From positions 372,001 through 436,000 of the forward strand of contig NC_081396.1 of NCBI RefSeq assembly GCF_030684315.1: 64,000 bases of DNA, read 5' to 3'. Both the position numbers and the translations under genes were made by a program. Source of the stretch: Stegostoma tigrinum. Lineage: Eukaryota. Positions 1 through 12,516 of this stretch are shown one piece after another; position 1 is the stretch's first letter, and every line of letters starts with the position of its first letter. The notes beneath the pieces were generated by a model that ran no database searches, had not been told where the DNA came from, and saw only the letters and a program-made list of their open reading frames with translations.

Positions 1-1013
1 TTTCTCTTGACCTGTAATTACCTGACACGTTTGTCTCTTGCACAAAACTAAACAACTTCTGTATCCCCAGCAACTCTGAGTTCAGAAACTAAAAGCATTT
101 CTGTTCATGTTCAATTTTTCAGCAGCTTGTGCAAAGGTGGGGTCTTCAATCTTGTTGATTCTCTCACCATGGGTGAGGATCCCCCTTTCATAAATCATGT
201 CCAAATCATTCATAGAGCTGGGCAGTTCTTCAAATTAATCAAAGTCCTTCAAATTATCAGTGATTTGAATGGAATAAGTGTAGAGAATCTCTTTTTCAGC
301 AACAGATGAGTCAGAACAGACATTTCAGAGGAATCAGAAATGAACTCATGAGTTGCCAAATGAATTTGATCTGCTCCCCTGTTTCTGATGACTTGGGATG
401 CAAAGTATGAAAGAGGGTGGAAGCAGATTTACTGGTAACTTTTACAGGGAATTGGACATAAAATTGAAAAATGGACAATAGTTTGGTTGCTGAGATGGAG
501 TAGATCGGATGTGGGATAATTTGAATAGTTATTTCAAAGAGCTGGCAGTGACGTGACAGACAAAATGGCATCTTTTAAAATGGCCCAGTTTTCTGAGAAA
601 CACCAGAGAACCACCTCCTGATGTCAACAGGTAGGCTTCAGGCATTATTCTACTGGTGTTGCCTGCTCTTTCTCCTTTTCCTCTCCATGTGTCTGCTCAT
701 ATTCAGCCTCCACCTCAGATTGACACACTCTGTTCCAATCCAGTGCTGGATTGATGGAATATTAAATGTTGAAAAACTGCTAATCCCTCTCTGACTATCC
801 TGTCAGCTTGATCCCATTCCCTGGGAACCATGTATAATTCACACCAAGGTTGCTGAGGTCATTTGAGGCTTCATCTGGTCAGTTCCTCGACGGGGTTGAC
901 ACACATCTCTGAGCTTGTCACATACTCTGACAGCCTGCGATAAGCTGCTTCACTCTCTGGCAATAAATCACTTCAGTTGCTAAGATCAGACACACATTTC
1001 CATCTACACGTAC

Positions 1014-1334
1014 CTTGGGCTTTCCTAATGAACCTCTTCTCTGGCGTTGGCAAATTTTCATCCTCGACCAAACACATGTACTCTACGCCACTCTCCCATT
1101 CTGCAGCAGGGACCGTCAGTCTACTGAAGATTATCTCTTCATGTCCATTCTTCTTGGGACCCTGGGTCTTCACTCCATCTTGTCTCATGATTCCATCCAC
1201 TTTCCAGGTTACCCTGACTCCCTGTAAATCATGGTGAAGTATCTCACACAGAATGGTTGCTGTTTTGTTCCTCCAGATCTCTTCAAAAGGAGGCTTGCTT
1301 AAGGTGACCAAGATTCCAGTGTCCAAACATTCAT
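1014..1334 (-). CDS. IgW: IgW heavy chain CH5 exon (C1-set Ig domain)
   Basis: Acceptor ttgtcctcccAG|AT at 1334, donor CAA G|GTACGT at 1014, 321 nt, phase 1/1. Translation (D)ECLDTGILVTLSKPPFEEIWRNKTATILCEI...VTWKVDG...EWESGVEYMCLVEDENLPTPEKRFIRKAQ has the canonical C-W-C. Confidence 0.93.
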
Positions 1335-3504
1335 CTGGGAGGACAATGACAATTATTACTCCCTAACTCCCCAGTGGGATGTCAGTGTCACTTGCATGGC
1401 TGACAATTCATGCTCATCATTACACATAAAACTGATACCCTGCTGGGCTCTATCAAAGGCAGTAATTAGTCTTCAACATTGTTGTGTGCCTAGAAGTGAC
1501 AAAAATCCCCCTTGTGCTATAGTTCGGGGGTCGTTTGAGCATAACGTGCACATCCTGTTCTGTACTTGCATGTCTGAGTCATGGGAGAAGAAATTGGATG
1601 GTTCACCAAACTCATCACACATTTTCCCCATTGCTACTGATTTCTAAACCATCAGTCATTTCTGTTATCCCACAGTTCAGCACATGTTCTGAACACTTTT
1701 CAAACACATTGCACCCAAAAGCCACAACTCTTCTCCCTGTAGGAAATTGCAATGTAACTCTTGAATGCATTGTAAAGGATAACTATTATTGCATCAGGAT
1801 GACATCCTTAATGAGCTTTGAGAGTCTTTTCCCCTGACTGCATTCTTAGATGATATTCTGCACATGGTGCCTGTTGAGAATGTGGCTTTTATTCACTTGA
1901 CAGAGCTTTGGTTTCTCTCCCTTGCTCACTTTTTAAGCATGATAAAAAAAACAATTCTATGCTAAATGTATTGACAAATTGAGATTGTTCATTCTGAAGA
2001 CTTTCATATTCTGTGGTTTAATAAACACTGGGTACAGTCAGTAATTTGACTCGGGATTCAACATCCACATTAGTGATGAGAAAATGACCAAGTGTTGACA
2101 TCTAACAATCCGGAATGTATGGTGATCTCTCAGCGTGTAAGCTCTCAGAGGTGGAGAATGCTCCTCATTGTTGTAAAATTCTGATGCTGCTGAGCGAACA
2201 ATGTTCATTTTCATCTCCTCCTCAAAACAAAAAGAAATTTCGGAACTACTTTCTGAGTTTTGAACTATCGTGGACTTTGGCCAATACCTGGATGATGGGT
2301 ACATCAGGAAGATGGCATCAGATTCGGGTACTCCAGCCAGAGCTACTCTCCTGCCCCAGATCCTTTTCTTTTCTTTCTTTCTTCCTTCCCTTTTCTGCAG
2401 CATTTTTTTCTTCCCAAACTTTTAATGTCTTAACATACCTGAGAGAATGGAGGAGGTGACTCCCAGACCAGAGGACATCACTGATGAATCCTGGAGGTAT
2501 GTCTGTGAGCAGGCCAGCGTGGGAGCGAATGCGAGACCAGGCCAACATGGGAGGAAAGCCCTGGGCCGGAGGCTGTTGCCAGGAGGCGAGTCCCAGACCA
2601 GATGCTCGTGCAGGGGGTTGAGTCCCAGGGCGGGTCCTGGACTGGAGGCCAGCACCGGGGAGGCAAGGCCCTTGCACACTGGAAGCCAGGCTTGGATTTT
2701 TCAAGCCTTGTGTGATCTGGAGATTTACCTGGTGCACTCTGGAGTTGAGGTGCAGGCGCAGACTTGGTGAAAAGGACTGTAATTTGAGCACTTCTTAAAA
2801 ACCTTTTTATTCTTATGCCAGACTTTTTGAGTAATTCAAGTTGTTTTTAAAATCTCTGTATTCCTGTGCTGAATTTTATGTTTTGTTCTTTCAATTATGG
2901 AACAAATACTCAAGTATCTTTATCTGTCACTGAGATGGACAAAAGCAGTAACATTGCAAACTTTTCACTGCACTCATTTGAATGCACATGACAGGAAAGC
3001 CAACTCTAATTCTAATCTGAATAGAATAGTTTGTCTTTCAATGATCAAAGGTTCTCAAAGTTTACTGGGCTGCACAGGACATGGCAGAATTCTTGTGTTC
3101 TCTCTCAGCAATTACACTGATGACCAACATCATTACAATGGAACAGCCTTTTATCAGATCAACATGATTGTGTTCACAAACTACCCATCAATGGACTCTA
3201 TTTGTTGGTCACATTTATATTGCCTTCAGAGAAAGTGATGTCAAAGTTAGCCTTACACAGGAAACTTGCCATGCAGCGAGAACAAGAGGATCCACCATTC
3301 CCACCAGGAATAAGAAGGGTTCTGTTCCTGTCTCAAACTGGAAGAGCTCCTGACTTTGGTAACAAATATCTTCACCTCCATTGCCCTGTGGTAGGGAATG
3401 TGGAGTTCCACTCAGGCCCACAACTTTCTCTTCTTCAAACTGGTGTGAGAAGAGTTTCTATGGGGATAAATGACATTAATCTTGTCACCAGGCCCAGGAC
3501 TTAC

Positions 3505-3822
3505 CTTGGACATTCTTCACCTCCTTCCTGCTGGTAAAGTTGGACGGTGGATGAGACACTGCACAGGTGAAGACTGAACCTTTCCTCCACTCCTCTGTGC
3601 TCACGGTCAGGTAGTGCCTGACACTGAATGTCCCTGTCTGCTCCAGAGCAGTGAGGCCAGCATGGGTGTTGGAGGAGATCAGGCTGCTGTCCTTCTCCCA
3701 GGAGACCTGTATGAGGTCTGGGTAGAATCCAGTGATCACACACTCGAGTGTAACGTTGCTCTGATTCTTGGTCTCTTGGGCTGGTGGAGGCAGCAGTCTG
3801 ACCTCGGGACTTTTTTGTGGAA
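3505..3822 (-). CDS. IgW: IgW CH4 exon
   Basis: Acceptor ttgttccAG|TT, donor CAA G|GTAAG, 318 nt, phase 1/1. Translation (V)PQKSPEVRLLPPP...TLECVITGFYPDLIQVSWEKD...EEWRKGSVFTCAVSHPPSNFTSRKEVKNVQ. Confidence 0.93.
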
Positions 3823-3910
3823 CTGGAACAATGGGAAAAACAAAGAAGGTGTTAACCTCTTACTATGAGCTTGGCAAAGTCAGGTATGTAATTTGTGATC
3901 TCTTGCTCAC

Positions 3911-4207
3911 CTCTTAGGCTCCTTGTCCGCTTTGACACTGATGAGGAGGAAGGACCACTTTGAGCAGAACACACAAACTCCACCCCACTCTCCCACTCCT
4001 GTGCTGTGGTTTGGAGTTGGCTGATGATGACGTATTGGGTGCCTTCCTCTCTCTGAGCTGTAACCCCTTTACTTCTCTGCCTCCGATTTACCTTCCAGGT
4101 GATCTGTACCTGGCTGGGATCAGAACACACTGCTGTACACACCAGGGTGGCAGTCTTGTTGATCCAAAGCTCTTTGATTGAAGGATTTCGGAGAAAGACA
4201 GACACTT
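3911..4207 (-). CDS. IgW: IgW CH3 exon
   Basis: Acceptor ttcccattcccAG|AA, donor AGA G|GTGAG, 297 nt. Translation (E)VSVFLRNPSIKELWINKTATLVC...ITWKVN...EWESGVEFVCSAQ...RSLR. The intron to CH4 is only 88 bp. Confidence 0.93.
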
Positions 4208-4759
4208 CTGGGAATGGGAAAGGAAAAACTTCAGAAGAATTGATATTTTCTGGTGTCAGCAGGTTTCAGACGTTTAGGGAAGGCTTTGCTATTTTTGAAG
4301 CAAAGAAACATGGCGACAAAAGTGGCCTTGAACTGGAATCTTTTTTAATCCAGAACATCTGGAGCAGATACTCGACCATTAGAAAATCCAAGGTTTATTT
4401 AAAACATGTTTTGCAGTTACTCGTTTGTAAATTTTGACCAAGAATGTACAATCAGTGCATTAAGAATGAGGCAGATCCATCTTAAAATCTGTTTCCCACG
4501 TCTGAGATCAAAACTTCACTGCAAGCCCTGCAATCAATTGTGGGCTGAGCAGATTTCGGACACAACAATATTAATAAATGCAATCTCTGATTTGCGAAAT
4601 GGAGTGAGACAGAGATACAAGCTGCCCAGCAAAAAGAACAACTGTACAAATTCTTCTTCCTGTGTGTGATTGATTCCTGACATCGAACACACCAAATCAA
4701 TGAGAAACCTATTTCTCTCACCCATGACACAGTTGCTGACTCCTCTCATTGTTCACATT

Positions 4760-5510
4760 GTTGGCTTATAATCCACTTGAGTGCAAACTCAAAGTTGGCA
4801 GTTCAAGGCAGTCCAGAGGGAGTACTGCACTGTCAAAGGCACTTTGGTTGAGAAATGAAAATGACGCACCTTGTGCTGTCTCAGGTGGAAGTACCAGATG
4901 ACAGAACACTATTCTGAAGAAAAGCAGGAGAGCTATTGCTGATCTCCCAGCCAATTTTATCACTCACTCATAATCACAAGCAGCAGATTACTGAGTTATT
5001 CTGAGATTTTTTTAATGTGAACTTACTCTGTGCAGGTTGACTGCAACATTTCCTACATTACAAGAGAGGGAGGTGATGGCCGAGTGGTGTTATTGCTGGA
5101 CTGTTAATCCAGAGACCCAGATAATGTCCCGGGTACCTGCGTTCGAATCCTACCATGGCAGATGGTGGAATTTGAATTTGATAAATATTCAATAAAGTCT
5201 AGCGATGACTGTGAATCCATTCTCAATTGTTGGAAACAAACATCTGGTTCACTAATGTCCTTTCGTGAAGGAAACTGCTATTCTTACCTGGTCTGGCCTA
5301 CATGTGATTCCAGACCCACAGCAATGTGGTTGATTCTAAACTGCCCTCTGAGCAATTAGGAATGGGCAATACATGCTGCTTGGCCAGTCACACCCTCTTC
5401 CTGTGAATGAATAAAGAGCGACTACACTTTAAAATACCTAATTGGCTGTGAAGCACTTTAGGATGTCTTATCGTTATGGAAATGAGATATAAATGCAAAT
5501 CTTTCTTTAC
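4760..5510 (+). mobile_element. Old Deu-domain SINE (SacSINE/AmnSINE-like) with a younger tRNA-derived SINE nested at ~5068-5413
   Basis: Outer element has the Deu-like core (gagggagtactgcactgtc...ctcaggtgga...cactattctgaaga) and the tail ...aattggctgtgaagcacttt...aaatgcaaatctttcttt. Inner element has A/B-box-like tggccgagtgg and gttcgaatcc and recurs at ~24760-25100. Confidence 0.65.
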
Positions 5511-7074
5511 TTTTCTTGCTCTCATTGGAGTCAGCACTGAAAGCTTCTGTTTTATGATTCCAATCCTAAAATTCCATTGCCTTGGCCTTCCCTCTCTCTG
5601 TAATCTTCTTCAACTCTACAATAATCTGGAAACTCTGTAAAATTTAGGTCTGTTGTAAATTCTATAAACCCTTTATTTGAACATTGATGGCCAGGTCCTA
5701 ATCTCTGGGACTCATTCCCTAACCTTCAGTGACCTATTCTCGCTCTTTCTTACTCACTCTTCAAGACACAATTTTGGCCCGTATTGGCCAAGTTTTTGGT
5801 CACATCCTACATTCAGCATTTTTTGACTCAGTGCCAATTCCTCTCTGGTTTTCCACCATCTGGGATTTATTTTTGTCATATTTGAGTAGCTCTATAAATG
5901 CAAGATGTTATTCATAATCCTGCCTGCCAAGGAAGTTGGTTCATTTTTGTATTGGGAGAGCAACCCCATGTATCACAGGAAGTAACAAAAGCCCTCTCTT
6001 GTTGCAGGTTGGAGATCATTTATACAGAACATGATCCTCACACAATCCAAATTTGTTCAGGAAATATTAGACTTGAGGGTAATCACGCATTGATTTGATC
6101 ACATGTTCTTCTTTATACTTGTCTCTCAAAGAATTATCATTACTTCAGATATTCTGCAGCGACCTGTGTGCGCTGCACATGGTCAATGTCCAAACACATT
6201 CACTGTGCAAACCGTAACTATGGTGTCTGCTTTGATCCACGCTGATTGCTCTCTGTCTATATCACATTGAGTTAATACTTGAAAAGAGAAATGATTACTA
6301 TGTCTGTGTCCTAATCAAAACATTTATGAACACAAAGTACCAAATCTTCCAATGCAGTTTGAGCTGATGTTCAGAGTAGTGACAGGAACACATGTGGTAT
6401 TAACTTCATATGTTCCATTTCTGTCACCTGCCTGTCAGACAAGATGTTGAGCATTTTCCTCCAAGATTAGTAATGAACATTATATTAATGACCAATTCTT
6501 AATGTTTGCTCCCTGACAATCAAACCTCACAGAATCAGAAGTATTCCCCTTATCATTGTAAAATGGTGGAATCACAGGATAAGGGACATTTCATTCCATT
6601 CACCTTCGTAGAGAAGTTAAATAGAAAAGTTTTGTCAATTTGAAGTCCTTGTCAATATTGAGTACAGTTCATTGACTATTGTCAATATGCAGGATTGAAG
6701 GGATCGTCTCTCATTTTCCTGACCTGTGTTTACACCCAAAACCTACCAGATCCTCCAGGGCCCCAGGTAAGTCCTTATGTCCTGAATCACAAACTTGCCT
6801 CAGGACCAACATCACTGAAGAAAGAGGCCAAGCTCCTATTTTATTGGATCAAGGTGACTGTCCCTCTGGATGACAAATAGTCTTCAAATTCTTGTCAACC
6901 TGAGTCAGAGCCAAGAGGCGGGGGTCAAACCGTGGGATCAGGACCTTGCAACCAAACCCGGTACAGGTCACCAAGAAGTGACTACTTAGATAAGTCGATT
7001 GGCTAGGAAACACTAAGTGCAACCTGTCAGAGACTTGTAATGAAATTCAATGGCCAGTTCCATTCACAATGAAC

Positions 7075-7223
7075 TCACAACTTTATTTTACACATTTGAT
7101 TGGCACAGTTATATTGGTGCTTTTCACCATTTTTGAGGGTCACATTAAGGTTAGTATGGTAGAGCAGGACTGGCGGAGACTCAGAACAAGAGCGAGGAGG
7201 ACAAGTGTGAGGAGTACATCCAC
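7075..7223 (-). CDS. IgW: Cys-rich secretory tail exon of short (2-CH) IgW
   Basis: Acceptor tctcttccaattccAG|GT, in phase with the CH2 donor. Translation (G)[48 protein letters not shown] has 5 Cys and an NVT sequon; AATAAA lies at 7087-7082. Position and composition fit the known short IgW/IgX tail. Confidence 0.88.
7082..7087 (-). terminator. Polyadenylation signal of the short IgW secretory exon
   Basis: AATAAA on the minus strand, inside the final codons and 4 nt before the TGA. Confidence 0.6.
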
Positions 7224-7707
7224 CTGGAATTGGAAGAGATACAAATTTAAATGTTATACATTTTTAGCTCTCCTGCCTCTGTCAGGGACTGGCTCCCTCA
7301 GGAGATGGTTGAAGCACATCATGGTAATTCATTCAAATTCAGCATTCGAAAGATTTATTTAATAAAACAGCACTTGGATGGCAGTGGGAGGAAACCGAAG
7401 GTGATTTGAACTGCGAATGTTTTCAGAAGACCATTTGACATCTCGCCCCATTTTCATTTCTATTGCAGTCACATCAAGTAAAATTGAATGAGGGGTTAAA
7501 TAGCCTCAGTGCTTTACGTTATAATAGTTCAGTTAGATGTGGTTTTAATATCAAAACAGAAAATACTAAATGTCCCCCCCCACTCCACCACCGTTCCTAC
7601 AATCAATGTCAGTGATTCAAAAATTGTGAGCAAGTGCTCGCACATTCGGTTATTAGAAGATTGAATTTCTGACAGGGTATCCTTACTCCCTCTCAGAGTC
7701 TACTTAC

Positions 7708-8007
7708 CCTCCCGATACTTCATGTTGACCCTGGTATTGAAGCTGGTCGGCTCATGGGACACTGCACAAGTGAATTCATCCCCGTTCTTCCAATCCGCCA
7801 CCTGTACAGTCAGGTAAGAGGCTGTTTCAAATGTACAACCTTTTGCCTTTTTGGAGGGGAGTTTGGCACCCCATTGGAGCACTCCGGCTTTAAACCAGGA
7901 AACCTGGACAATGTCAGGATAGAATCCAGATAGTATGCACCCCAGGGCAGCAGTAGTTTGATTGTAGACCATCTCCCAAGATGGAACAACAGAGAAGACA
8001 TGGGGAG
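7708..8007 (-). CDS. IgW: IgW CH2 exon
   Basis: Acceptor ttccacAG|CT, donor GAG G|GTAAGT, 300 nt. Translation (S)PHVFSVVPSWE...ALGCILSGFYPDIVQVSWFK...DWKNGDEFTCAVSHEPTSFNTRVNMKYRE. Confidence 0.93.
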
Positions 8008-9221
8008 CTGTGGAACGTTGCAATATTTCAGATTACATGGAACAGAAAAGATGCACACATTTCCCCTAACATCTAAAGAAACCACCACAATGCCAGTGCC
8101 TTCCATATTGACCTTGATTTGCCTGGGAATAATGAGCCTGAAGAGAATGATCTTGCATGTCCAAGTGAGCTGTGATCAGGGGTGTAAGCGTCATTCCTAC
8201 AGATTGCAGAGTGCAGCATCACATTTTACTGGGATCTGGAGCAAAGGCAGGTCACTGGAAGTTGAGGTGGAGATTAGCCATGATCTAATAAAATAATGGC
8301 GCAGTCTCACAGAGAGCTGACTGGCCTCCCCTTGTTCATATGCCATTGCTCAGCAGCTCCTTCAATGCCATATTCATGTTATCCTCTGTCCCTTCAGTTC
8401 AAGAGTGTCTGGAAATCAATGAATCTCTGTCTTGCTTCTACACTGCTTGATTTTGAGTGTGTGTGTCAAAGTAGATAAGCAGCCAGTAAAAGATTGAGTT
8501 AATGGTTTCCATTTGCAGGAAGTTCAGTCTTGATAAATGACACAATAAAACCAGACAGGCATGAGGATGTTTTTCTTTGCAAACACAGCAATTTGTTTGA
8601 ATCTGGAATGCACTCCCTTTGAGAGGCTGGTGAAACAGATTCGAGTATATTCTCCAAAAGAGAATTGGATTCTTGCTTAGAATACAAAATGTTTGCAGGA
8701 TCATGGACAAAGGGCTGAGGAGTGGAACAATTTTGCATCTTTGATAATGCTGGCACACACCTGATGGGTTAAATAGCCTCCTTTCCTGTAAGCTCTTATA
8801 AATTGATGATGTGCTAAAGGGTGAGGGGTGGGGCCTCTGTTATTGGAGCTGGATCAGAAACGGTACAGAGATTATGGCATTTCTTTCCTGTGTGGTGAAC
8901 CTCAACAACCCCCCAGCAGCGCACTGCCCACCCCCTCCCGCCACAATTTTCAGTTGCACTGACTCCAGCAGAACTAAATGTTGGAATTGTGGCATCACAG
9001 GCAACAACGTTGTTGCCCTGCTTTAGCCTGTTTTGCACAATTTCATGATGGTTATTTAGCTCCTGGCAGACTGCCAACAAGCAAGGATACAGCATCTGGA
9101 GACAAGAATTAATTTGTGGTGTTTTGGGCAGAAACCTCCCTCACTTGTTGCTGAAGATTCTTTTCTAACCATATCCCCCAATCCTGTAGAGTTAAGAATG
9201 GTAAGTAAGCTCTTTACTAAC

Positions 9222-9542
9222 ATTGAGGCTGAGGCTTTGTGGTCTCAGCTTCCACCATTTCATTTGCCTTGTAGCCCGCCTTGCAGTGGTAGACCTTGCC
9301 CGCATTCCAATCCGACGCAGAGACACTGAGCACACTGCTCATCGTGTACTTCATATTTTGCCCCAAGACTGTGGGATACTTATTGAATCCAGTTGTGATC
9401 TCTCTATTGTCACTGGACCATGTCTGTTGGATGCTCCTGGGCTGGAAATCCTTGACTAGACAGTGGAGGCTGATCTGATCTTGATTGGAGCTTGTGTCAC
9501 AGGAAGTACTGGAAACATAAACTGAAGGTTTGGTCTGGGCAT
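9222..9542 (-). CDS. IgW: IgW CH1 exon
   Basis: Acceptor tttcAG|AT, donor CAA T|GTTAGT, 321 nt. Translation (D)AQTKPSVYVSSTSCD...ISLHCLVKDFQPRSIQQTW...DWNAGKVYHCKAGY...KPQPQ. The early Cys is at the position expected for the light-chain disulfide. Confidence 0.92.
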
Positions 9543-12516
9543 CTGAAACGTAAATAGACAAAACCAATATATAAATTCATGGCAAATTGGAGAGTTTGGG
9601 TTAAAGCTACAAGCAGCTGTTTCTGAAAACAATTACACTGTCAGACACAGAGTTTACACATGTATATATCATCTGTGACTCAGTTGGGTCTCACTCTCAC
9701 GTCAAATTCAGAAGGTGATGGGTTCAAACTCATTTCAGAATTGAGCACATACTAAGGGAGTGTCCCACCGTCTTCCATATCAGAAATTAACTGAGAGCAC
9801 AAATTAAGTAATGAATAAATTAATTTATTACAAAACTGACAGGATCAAATGGTAATTTATATAAATGGCAGAATTTGACTCAAAAATTATGATAAGAGCA
9901 AGACTTGTTTCGAGGTGAGAGTAATTGAGATATTAAAATACCACAGAACATAAACAAGTGACATTTCCAATCTGCAGAAAAATGGGAATACTAGCAAGAA
10001 AGGGATCAGGACCCATAGAAATATATCATCCAAGAGGCTGTGAGTTCAAATCTTACCCTGGTGAATTGAAATGGTTATGGCTGTTGATTTGCATGGAGTG
10101 GCACCAGAACACACACTCTGGAGAAAGTGGCAGATTAATACAAACCCTCAAGGTACTTTGCAGAGGGAAATCTGTCATCTTATTTCAGTGTCCCTTGACA
10201 TCAAGTGCGACTCAAAATCTATGAAATTCTGTCTTGAGTTAATGACTGAGCTTCCATGCTCCAAGACTTTGGGAGTGTGTGTGAAATCAAACAACTGGTA
10301 AAAGCCAATGAATAGTTGGTGATTGTCAGTGGAAAGGGGGAGCTGGTGCAGGCTGGGGAGGTAAATAAAGAAATTATTGTTGAAGTTACCTTGACAAAAT
10401 ATTGGACAACTGCAAAATGGAGGTCAACACAGACAGTTCATCTATCAGGCTGGAATCTTGTATTATTCAAAGGAACAGCAGGTATACACTTATCCCACAG
10501 ACTTGAGTAGACTGGAATATTGTGCGGGTGTGAAGGCACTGTACCATCTGGTTCAATCAGTTTGAACGTGGTTGATTATCTCATGATCTTATTGTTGTTT
10601 TTCTCGATATTAGATACTGTGTTCCCTACATTCCACTGATCACAACACTTCAAATGTATTTCATTAGCTGCCAAAAGTTTTCCCAAAGGCAAGATATAAA
10701 TTCAGGCATTTTGAAAAAAACAGTGAAACTAAATCGATTAGCTGTACGTCTCAGAAATTGGGGTGTGAGCACTTGACAAAGTTTTAATTCTATTTCTCTC
10801 TGCACTGACTTTGATGGAGCAGCTGATCTTTTCCAGTGTAGGTGACAGGATCGTATCAGTCAATATCATTTACAGGTGACGGTCTTTCACATCCTGGAGC
10901 CAGTGGGCCAGAAGTATAATTCATAATTCAATAATAATTCAGAATTCATAATTCAAACAGTGTTGGGAAATGGTGGTCAGGGCATGGATCTGGGGATAAC
11001 TTTGATAAACTCCTGAGGCTGTCAGCATTGTGCTGAAATACAGTAGTAATGAGGAGAATGATGAGTGTCACTATATCGTTAGAGAGCTGGAATTTATGAA
11101 ATGGTATTCAGGGTGAACCTAGCCTGGAGTGATTCTGGTGAGTGTGATTCTCAGCCCAGGTTACAGTCCACCCTGGTCTCTTTCCTACTGTACTCAATGG
11201 GATTGAAAATCTGGGCAGCTGTGAAACAAATGGGTGATTCAATGTAACCTGATGTGTTCTGCAGCCAAGACCACGTTCACCCTCTGTGTGTAATTGGTGA
11301 AACCTCATTTCATGTCTGTGTGTAATTCTGAATTGTCCAACAGAGCTAAAGGATACTGTGGTCCATGAGAACTCAAGGTCCAACAGATTCAGAATGGCTC
11401 AGAGTTTTAAGAAGAGAAGTGCGGGGTAAGATGAAGCAGATTGATGTTCTTTCCTTTGGAAGAGTTGAGCAGTATAATGTTTTGGCACTGGTGTACAACA
11501 GACAATGGCTGTTCACTCATCAGTGCCTCAATGGTTGCAGTTTCACTTCAAAACCAGAAGGTTGGGGGTTTAAGCAGATTCGTGAGCACAGCGTCGAGGT
11601 TGATATAACTAAGAGAGAGCTACACTGTTGGGGGCAGGTGCGGCTGGGCTTTTAGATCAGACATTAAATTGATTTCTGAGTATACCATACAGTATTTATC
11701 TCCAGCCAACATCATTAAAAGCCATTGCCCGGTCAGTATCTTATTATTCATGAGTCCTGGTTTGCACAAAATGCCTTCACAAAACTGACAGCACTTCAGA
11801 TATACTCAAAACCGCAACATCCCAAATTCATGGAACGTGCTAGAAAATACAAGTTATTTACTTTCCAACTACTTCAAGCATATCACAAAGAGTATTGGCT
11901 AATACAATAAAGATGTTTTGGTATCTAGACAGAATATGCAGCATAGAATGTGTCCTTTTGGCTGATCAGTCCATGCGTGTTCATACTCTGCTCAAGCCTC
12001 CTTTTATTCCATTTATTCCTGGGCTCAGTACTCACTATCGGAGCCAGTATTTATTACTTATCCCTAACTGCCTTGGAGGAAGTGATGGTGAGACATTTTC
12101 TTGAACCCATACTGACCATTTAGTGTACAGACACCCACGCGTGCCAGTGACGGTAAATGTCCAACAACATAGATCCAGGTAGAGATGGGGAACGTGAACA
12201 TGGAGAGGTTTCAAAGCACTTACAGCCCTTGTCCTTCGAGATAGTGGTGGTTGTGGGTTTGGAAGAGACTGTTGAAGGTGCCTTCGTGATTTATTGCAGT
12301 GCATCGTCTAGGTAGTGCACACAAAGGGTCAGTGCTGGAGGGAGCAGATATTGAAGGGGTTAAAAGGATCCTCATCTACCCCATCATAATCATCCATTCC
12401 CTTCCCCCTCATGGGCTTGTCTTGCTTACCTGTAAAATCCATCTCTACTCTTCACTTCAACCATTCCGTACTTTAACAATTTCACATTCTCACCACTCTT
12501 CGGCTAAAGAAGCTCC

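Noticed and set aside
2318-2791. Overlapping GC-rich ORFs in the CH4-CH5 intron
   Set aside because: No Ig motifs or convincing splice sites; probably an old LINE remnant, too decayed to call.
6181-6207. RSS-like ggtcaatgt-11bp-cactgtg in the Sec-CH3 intron
   Set aside because: The nonamer lacks the A/T tract, the spacer is off by one, and there is no adjacent coding segment.
8814-9095. Acceptor-like site (ttcttgtctccAG) and 93-aa ORF after CH1, suggesting a CH1-only secreted form or hinge exon
   Set aside because: In phase with CH1 it reads only YAVSLLVGSLPGAK*, I see no downstream poly(A) signal before CH2, and the longer ORF is in the wrong phase with no Ig features.
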